From IMG/VR virus record IMGVR_UViG_2734482555_000001: a DNA stretch of 16,673 bases; one strand, 5' to 3'. The position numbers were made by a program, and so were the translations under genes. The DNA comes from a virus (Duplodnaviria > Heunggongvirae > Uroviricota > Caudoviricetes). Below the pieces are notes generated by a model that saw only the letters and a list, made by a program, of their open reading frames with translations, had not been told where the DNA came from and did not search any database. Below, piece after piece: positions 10,868-16,673 of this stretch. Every line of letters starts with the position of its first letter. Position 1 is the first letter of the stretch.

Positions 10868-11290
10868 ATGTTCCTGAAAACCGAATCATTTGAACATAAC
10901 GGTGTGACCGTCACGCTTTCTGAACTGTCAGCCCTGCAGCGTATTGAGCATCTCGACCTGATGAAACGGCAGGCAGAACAGGCGGAGTCAGACAGCAACC
11001 GGAAGTTTACTGTGGAAGACGCCATCAGAACCGGCGCTTTTGTGGTTGCGATGTCCCTGTGGCATAACCATCCGAAGAAGACGCAGATGCCGTCCATGAA
11101 TGAAGCCGTTAAACAGATTGAGCAGGAAGTGCTTACCACCTGGCCCACAGAGGCAATTTCTCATGCTGAAAACGTGGTGTACCGGCTGTCCGGTATGTAT
11201 GAGTTTGTGGTGAATGATGCTCCTGAACAGGCAGAGGACGCCGGGCCTGCAGAGCCTGTTTCTGCGGGAAAGTGTTCGACGGTGAGCTGA
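10868..11290 (+). CDS. G: Tail assembly chaperone gpG, 140 aa
   Basis: Begins MFLKTESFEHNGVTVTLSELSALQRIEHLDL. Ends at TGA 11288-11290, just after the slippery site. Confidence 0.92.
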   Translation: MFLKTESFEHNGVTVTLSELSALQRIEHLDLMKRQAEQAESDSNRKFTVEDAIRTGAFVVAMSLWHNHPKKTQMPSMNEAVKQIEQEVLTTWPTEAISHAENVVYRLSGMYEFVVNDAPEQAEDAGPAEPVSAGKCSTVS

Positions 11291-11706
11291 GTTTTGCCCT
11301 GAAACTGGCGCGTGAGATGGGGCGACCCGACTGGCGCGCCATGCTTGCCGGGATGTCATCCACGGAGTATGCCGACTGGCACCGCTTTTACAGTACCCAT
11401 TATTTTCATGATGTTCTGCTGGATATGCACTTTTCCGGGCTGACGTACACCGTGCTCAGCCTGTTTTTCAGCGATCCGGAGATGCATCCGCTGGATTTCA
11501 GTCTGCTGAACCGGCGCGAGGCTGACGAAGAGCCTGAAGATGATGTGCTGATGCAGAAAGCGGCAGGGCTTGCCGGAGGTGTCCGCTTTGGCCCGGACGG
11601 GAATGAAGTTATCCCCGCTTCCCCGGATGTGGCGGACATGACGGAGGATGACGTAATGCTGATGACAGTATCAGAAGGGATCGCAGGAGGAGTCCGGTAT
11701 GGCTGA
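10868..11706 (+). CDS. G-T: Tail assembly chaperone gpG-T fusion, made by a programmed -1 ribosomal frameshift at 11266-11272
   Basis: The -1 frame after G GGA AAG continues as VFDGELSFALKLAREMGRPDWRAM... to a stop at 11704-11706. This matches the lambda G-T arrangement. Confidence 0.85.
11266..11272 (+). promoter_or_regulatory. Slippery heptamer G GGA AAG for the G to G-T -1 programmed frameshift
   Basis: GCG GGA AAG in the G zero frame, 16 nt before the G stop; the T frame is open from here. Confidence 0.85.
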
Positions 11707-14260
11707 ACCGGTAGGCGATCTGGTCGTTGATTTGAGTCTGGATGCGGCCAGATTTGACGAGCAGATGGCCAGAGTCAGGCGTCATTTTTCCGGTACGGAA
11801 AGTGATGCGAAAAAAACAGCGGCAGTCGTTGAACAGTCGCTGAGCCGACAGGCGCTGGCTGCACAGAAAGCGGGGATTTCCGTCGGGCAGTATAAAGCCG
11901 CCATGCGTATGCTGCCTGCACAGTTCACCGACGTGGCCACGCAGCTTGCAGGGGGGCAGAATCCCTGGCTGATCCTGCTGCAACAGGGTGGTCAGGTTAA
12001 GGACTCCTTCGGCGGGATGATCCCCATGTTCAGGGGGCTTGCCGGCGCGATCACCCTGCCGATGGTGGGGGCCACCTCGCTGGCGGTGGCGACCGGTGCG
12101 CTGGCGTATGCCTGGTATCAGGGCAACTCAACCCTGTCCGATTTCAACAAAACGCTGGTCCTTTCCGGTAATCAGGCGGGACTGACGGCAGATCGTATGC
12201 TGGTCCTGTCCAGAGCCGGGCAGGCGGCAGGGCTGACGTTTAACCAGACCAGCGAGTCACTCAGCGCACTGGTTAAGGCGGGGGTAAGCGGTGAGGCTCA
12301 GATTGCGTCCATCAGCCAGAGTGTGGCGCGTTTCTCCTATGCATCCGGCGTGGAGGTGGACAAGGTCGCTGAAGCCTTCGGGAAGCTGACCACAGACCCG
12401 ACGTCGGGGCTGACGGCGATGGCACGCCAGTTCCATAACGTGACGGCGGAGCAGATTGCGTATGTTGCTCAGTTGCAGCGTTCCGGCGATGAAGCCGGGG
12501 CATTGCAGGCGGCGAACGAGGCCGCAACGAAAGGGTTTGATGACCAGACCCGCCGCCTGAAAGAGAACATGGGCACGCTGGAGACCTGGGCAGACAGGAC
12601 TGCACGTGCATTCAAATCCATGTGGGATGCGGTGCTGGATATTGGTCGTCCTGATACCGCGCAGGAGATGCTGATTAAGGCAGAGGCTGCGTTTAAGAAA
12701 GCAGACGACATCTGGAATCTGCGCAAGGATGATTATTTCGTTAACGATGAAGCACGGGCGCGTTACTGGGATGATCGTGAAAAAAAACGCCTGGAGCGGG
12801 ATGCAGCCCAAAAGAGGGTAGATCAACAGCGTCAACAGGACAAAAATGCGCAGCAGCAGAGCGATACCGAAGCGTCACGGCTGAAATATACCGAAGAGGC
12901 GCAGAAGGCTTACGAACGGCTGCAGACGCCGCTGGAGAAATATACCGCCCGTCAGGAAGAACTGAACAAGGCACTGAAAGACGGAAAAATCCTGCAGGCA
13001 GATTACAACACGCTGATGGCGGCGGCGAAAAAGGATTATGAAGCGACGCTGAAAAAGCCGAAACAGTCCGGCGTGAAGGTGTATGCGGGCGATCGTCAGG
13101 AAGACAGTGCTCATGCGGCCCTGCTGACGCTTCAGGCAGAACTCCGGACGCTGGAGAAGCATGCCGGAGCGAATGAGAAAATCAGCCAGCAGCGCCGGGA
13201 TTTGTGGAAGGCAGAAAGTCAGTTCGCGGTACTGGAGGAGGCGGCACAACGTCGCCAGCTGTCCGCACAGGAGAAATCCCTGCTGGCGCATAAAGACGAG
13301 ACGCTGGAGTACAAACGCCAGCTGGCTGCACTTGGTGACAAGGTTACGTATCAGGAGCACCTGAATGCGCTGGCGCAGCAGGCGGATAAATTCGCACAGC
13401 AGCAACGGGCAAAACGGGCAGCCATTGATGCGAAAAACCGGGGGCTGACTGACCGGCAGGCAGCGCGGGAAGCCACGGAACAGCGCCTGAAGGAACAGTA
13501 TGGCGATAATCCTCTGGCGCTGAATAACGTCATGTCAGAGCAGAAAAAGACCTGGGCGGCTGAAGACCAGCTTCGCGGGAGCTGGATGGCAGGCCTGAAG
13601 TCCGGCTGGAGTGAGTGGGAAGAGAGCGCCACGGACAGTATGTCACAGGTTAAAAGTGCAGCCACGCAGACCTTTGATGGTATTGCACAGAATATGGCGG
13701 CGATGCTGACCGGCAGTGAACAGAACTGGCGCAGCTTCACCCGCTCCGTGCTGTCCATGATGACAGAAATTCTGCTTAAGCAGGCAATGGTGGGGATTGT
13801 CGGGAGTATCGGCAGCGCCATTGGCGGGGCTGTTGGTGGCGGCGCATCCGCGTCAGGTGGTACAGCCATTCAGGCCGCTGCGGTGAAATTCCATTTTGCA
13901 ACCGGGGGATTTACGGGAACCGGCGGCAAATATGAGCCAGCGGGGATTGTTCACCGTGGTGAATTTGTCTTCACGAAGGAGGCAACCAGCCGGATTGGCG
14001 TGGGGAATCTCTACCGGCTGATGCGCGGCTATGCGGAAGGTGGTTATGTGGGCGGTGCCGGAAGTCCGGCGCAGATGCGGCGGGCTGAAGGCATTAATTT
14101 TAATCAGAACAATCACGTGGTGATTCAGAACGACGGTACGAATGGTCTGCCAGGTCCACAGATGATGAAGGCCGTGTATGACATGGCCCGCAAGGGTGCC
14201 CGTGATGAAATTCAGACACAGATGCGTGATGGTGGCCTGTTCTCCGGAGGTGGACGATGA
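11699..14260 (+). CDS. H: Tail tape measure protein gpH, 853 aa
   Basis: 853-aa ORF with a long coiled-coil-like, Ala/Gln/Lys-rich central region and a Gly-rich C-terminal segment. Overlaps the T end. Length matches lambda H. Confidence 0.95.
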   Translation: MAEPVGDLVVDLSLDAARFDEQMARVRRHFSGTESDAKKTAAVVEQSLSRQALAAQKAGISVGQYKAAMRMLPAQFTDVATQLAGGQNPWLILLQQGGQVKDSFGGMIPMFRGLAGAITLPMVGATSLAVATGALAYAWYQGNSTLSDFNKTLVLSGNQAGLTADRMLVLSRAGQAAGLTFNQTSESLSALVKAGVSGEAQIASISQSVARFSYASGVEVDKVAEAFGKLTTDPTSGLTAMARQFHNVTAEQIAYVAQLQRSGDEAGALQAANEAATKGFDDQTRRLKENMGTLETWADRTARAFKSMWDAVLDIGRPDTAQEMLIKAEAAFKKADDIWNLRKDDYFVNDEARARYWDDREKKRLERDAAQKRVDQQRQQDKNAQQQSDTEASRLKYTEEAQKAYERLQTPLEKYTARQEELNKALKDGKILQADYNTLMAAAKKDYEATLKKPKQSGVKVYAGDRQEDSAHAALLTLQAELRTLEKHAGANEKISQQRRDLWKAESQFAVLEEAAQRRQLSAQEKSLLAHKDETLEYKRQLAALGDKVTYQEHLNALAQQADKFAQQQRAKRAAIDAKNRGLTDRQAAREATEQRLKEQYGDNPLALNNVMSEQKKTWAAEDQLRGSWMAGLKSGWSEWEESATDSMSQVKSAATQTFDGIAQNMAAMLTGSEQNWRSFTRSVLSMMTEILLKQAMVGIVGSIGSAIGGAVGGGASASGGTAIQAAAVKFHFATGGFTGTGGKYEPAGIVHRGEFVFTKEATSRIGVGNLYRLMRGYAEGGYVGGAGSPAQMRRAEGINFNQNNHVVIQNDGTNGLPGPQMMKAVYDMARKGARDEIQTQMRDGGLFSGGGR

Positions 14261-14586
14261 AAACCTTCCGCTGGAAAGTGAAACCCGGTATGGATGTGGC
14301 TTCGGCCCCTTCTGTAAGAAAGGTGCGCTTTGGTGATGGCTATTCCCAGCGAGCGCCTGCCGGGCTGAATGCCAACCTGAAAACGTACAGCGTGACGCTT
14401 TCTGTCCCCCGTGAGGAGGCCATGGTACTGGAGTCGTTTCTGGAAGAGCACGGGGGCTGGAAAGCCTTTCTGTGGACGCCGCCTTATGAGTGGCGGCAGA
14501 TAAAGGTGACCTGCGCAAAATGGTCGTCGCGGGTCAGTATGCTGCGTGTTGAGTTCAGCGCAGAGTTTGAACAGGTGGTGAACTGA
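14257..14586 (+). CDS. M: Tail tip assembly protein gpM, 109 aa
   Basis: ATGA overlap with the H stop. Length and position match lambda M. Confidence 0.9.
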   Translation: MKTFRWKVKPGMDVASAPSVRKVRFGDGYSQRAPAGLNANLKTYSVTLSVPREEAMVLESFLEEHGGWKAFLWTPPYEWRQIKVTCAKWSSRVSMLRVEFSAEFEQVVN

Positions 14587-15173
14587 TGCAGGATATCCGG
14601 CAGGAAACACTGAATGAATGCACCCGTGCGGAGCAGTCGGCCAGCGTGGTGCTCTGGGAAATCGATCTGACAGAGGTCGGTGGAGAACGTTATTTTTTCT
14701 GTAATGAGCAGAACGAAAAAGGTGAGCCGGTCACCTGGCAGGGGCGACAGTATCAGCCGTATCCCATTCAGGGGAGTGGTTTTGAACTGAATGGCAAAGG
14801 CACCAGTACGCGCCCCACGCTGATGGTTTCTAACCTGTACGGTATGGTCACCGGGATGGCGGAAGATCTACAGAGTCTGGTCGGCGGAACGGTGGTCCGG
14901 CGTAAGGTTTACGCCCGTTTTCTGGATGCGGTGAACTTCGTCAACGGAAACAGTGACGCCGATCCGGAGCAGGAGGTGATCAGCCGCTGGCGCATTGAGC
15001 AGTGCAGCGAACTGAGCGCGGTGAGTGCCTCTTTTGTACTGTCCACGCCGACGGAAACAGATGGCGCTGTTTTTCCGGGACGTATCATGCTGGCCAACAC
15101 CTGCACCTGGACCTATCGCGGCGATGAGTGCGGTTATCACGGTCCGGCGGTCGCGGATGAATATGACCAGCCA
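14586..15173 (+). CDS. L: Tail tip protein gpL, N-terminal 196 codons only; the 3' end is lost in the N-run
   Basis: ATG overlaps the M stop by 1 nt (TGATG). The ORF runs open into the N-run that begins at 15174. Confidence 0.85.
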
Positions 15174-15423
15174 NNNNNNNNNNNNNNNNNNNNNNNNNNN
15201 NNNNNNNNNNNNNNNNNNNNNNNNNNNNNNNNNNNNNNNNNNNNNNNNNNNNNNNNNNNNNNNNNNNNNNNNNNNNNNNNNNNNNNNNNNNNNNNNNNNN
15301 NNNNNNNNNNNNNNNNNNNNNNNNNNNNNNNNNNNNNNNNNNNNNNNNNNNNNNNNNNNNNNNNNNNNNNNNNNNNNNNNNNNNNNNNNNNNNNNNNNNN
15401 NNNNNNNNNNNNNNNNNNNNNNN
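15174..15423. other. Run of 250 N (assembly gap or masked sequence) covering the L 3' end and the L-K junction
   Basis: Uninterrupted n characters. Confidence 1.
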
Positions 15424-15441
15424 CCGGAGGCGTATTTCCGT

Positions 15442-15748
15442 ATGTCGCCGGAAGACTGGCTGCAGGCAGAGATGCAGGGTGAGATTGTGGCACTGGTCCA
15501 CAGCCACCCCGGTGGTCTGCCCTGGCTGAGTGAGGCCGACCGGCGGCTGCAGGTGCAGAGTGATTTGCCGTGGTGGCTGGTCTGCCGGGGGGCGATTCAC
15601 AAGTTCCGCTGTGTGCCACATCTTACCGGGCGGCGCTTTGAGCACGGGGTGACGGACTGTTACACGCTGTTCCGGGATGCTTACCATCTGGCGGGGATTG
15701 AGATGCCGGATTTTCATCGTGAGGATGACTGGTGGCGTCACGGTCAGA
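15442..15748 (+). CDS. K: Tail tip assembly protein gpK, N-terminal part, with a JAMM/MPN-type motif and the start of an NlpC/P60-like domain; the 3' end is lost in the N-run
   Basis: ATG at 15442 with GGAGG 11 nt upstream. HSHPGGLPWLSEAD fits the H-x-H-x7-S-x2-D JAMM pattern. GVTDCYTLFRDAYHLAG resembles the NlpC/P60 catalytic Cys segment. Confidence 0.8.
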
Positions 15749-16068
15749 NNNNNNNNNNNNNNNNNNNNNNNNNNNNNNNNNNNNNNNNNNNNNNNNNNNN
15801 NNNNNNNNNNNNNNNNNNNNNNNNNNNNNNNNNNNNNNNNNNNNNNNNNNNNNNNNNNNNNNNNNNNNNNNNNNNNNNNNNNNNNNNNNNNNNNNNNNNN
15901 NNNNNNNNNNNNNNNNNNNNNNNNNNNNNNNNNNNNNNNNNNNNNNNNNNNNNNNNNNNNNNNNNNNNNNNNNNNNNNNNNNNNNNNNNNNNNNNNNNNN
16001 NNNNNNNNNNNNNNNNNNNNNNNNNNNNNNNNNNNNNNNNNNNNNNNNNNNNNNNNNNNNNNNNNNNN
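15749..16068. other. Run of 320 N (assembly gap or masked sequence) covering the K 3' end and the I 5' end
   Basis: Uninterrupted n characters. Confidence 1.
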
Positions 16069-16549
16069 TGCCGGGCAGGATGTTAGCACGTCCGGATTAA
16101 CGGCACAGTTACATGAGGCTCTGCCTGACGGCGCTGTGATTCATATTGTTCCCAGAGTCGCCGGGGCCAAGTCAGGTGGTGTATTCCAGATTGTCCTGGG
16201 AGCAGCCGCCATTGCCGGATCATTCTTTACCGCCGGAGCCACCCTTGCAGCATGGGGGGCTGCCATTGGTGCCGGTGGTATGACCGGCATTCTGTTTTCT
16301 CTCGGTGCCAGTATGGTGCTCGGCGGTGTGGCTCAGATGCTGGCACCGAAAGCCAGAACTCCCCGCACACAGACAACGGATAACGGTAAGCAGAACACCT
16401 ATTTCTCCTCACTGGATAACATGGTTGCCCAGGGCAATGTTATGCCTGTTCTGTATGGTGAAATGCGCGTGGGGTCACGTGTGGTATCTCAGGAGATCAG
16501 CACGGCAGACGAAGGGGACGGTGGTCAGGTTGTGGTGATTGGTCGCTGA
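16069..16549 (+). CDS. I: Tail assembly protein gpI, C-terminal part (5' end inside the N-run); has a Gly/Ala-rich hydrophobic segment
   Basis: Open frame from the gap edge to TGA at 16547-16549, ending 60 nt before the J start. Position agrees with the lambda I to J spacing. Confidence 0.7.
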
Positions 16550-16609
16550 TGCAAAATGTTTTATGTGAAATCGCCTCCGGGCGGTTTTATCGTTTATGGA
16601 GCATGACGA

Positions 16610-16673
16610 ATGGGTAAAGGCAGCAGTAAGGGGCATACCCCGCGCGAAGCGAAGGACAACCTGAAGTCCACGC
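16610..16673 (+). CDS. J: Tail fibre / host-specificity protein gpJ, first 21 codons only; continues past the window end
   Basis: ATG at 16610 with GGAG 8 nt upstream. Product MGKGSSKGHTPREAKDNLKST matches the lambda J N-terminus. Confidence 0.85.
   Translation, partial: MGKGSSKGHTPREAKDNLKST

Noticed and set aside
13780-13900. Gly-rich low-complexity stretch near the H C-terminus (GGAVGGGASASGG) as a possible repeat or insertion
   Set aside because: It sits in frame within the tape measure protein, whose total length matches lambda H; an ordinary feature of tape measure proteins.
15025-16100. Long ORFs on both strands running through the N-runs (15025-16086 plus, 15085-16089 minus, 15137-15619 minus, 15732-16100 plus)
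   Set aside because: These are artefacts of translating N as X. Only the unambiguous parts (L 5' portion, K 5' portion, I 3' portion) were called.

Overview
This window is the cos-proximal left arm of a lambda-like (lambdoid) prophage, read in the direction of late transcription. Positions 1-1150 hold a noncoding leader and a two-gene accessory cassette on the minus strand. Positions ~1129-1325 hold the packaging site (cosQ, cosN, cosB). From 1348 onward runs the complete head and tail morphogenesis operon in lambda order: Nu1, A, W, B, C/Nu3, D, E, FI, FII, Z, U, V, G/G-T, H, M, L, K, I, then the start of J. Every gene start from Nu1 to L sits at one constant offset from the lambda coordinates I remember, so I infer no insertions in the structural module. 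Two N-runs (15174-15423 and 15749-16068) interrupt L, K and I, and nothing can be said about what they hide. I did not find a convincing new biological system in the visible sequence, such as a defence or anti-defence locus, CRISPR array, tRNA or mobile element. The two items most worth follow-up are a cosN cohesive-end sequence that differs from the canonical lambda one, and the uncharacterised minus-strand cassette beside cos. All comparisons to lambda are from memory and need an alignment to confirm.
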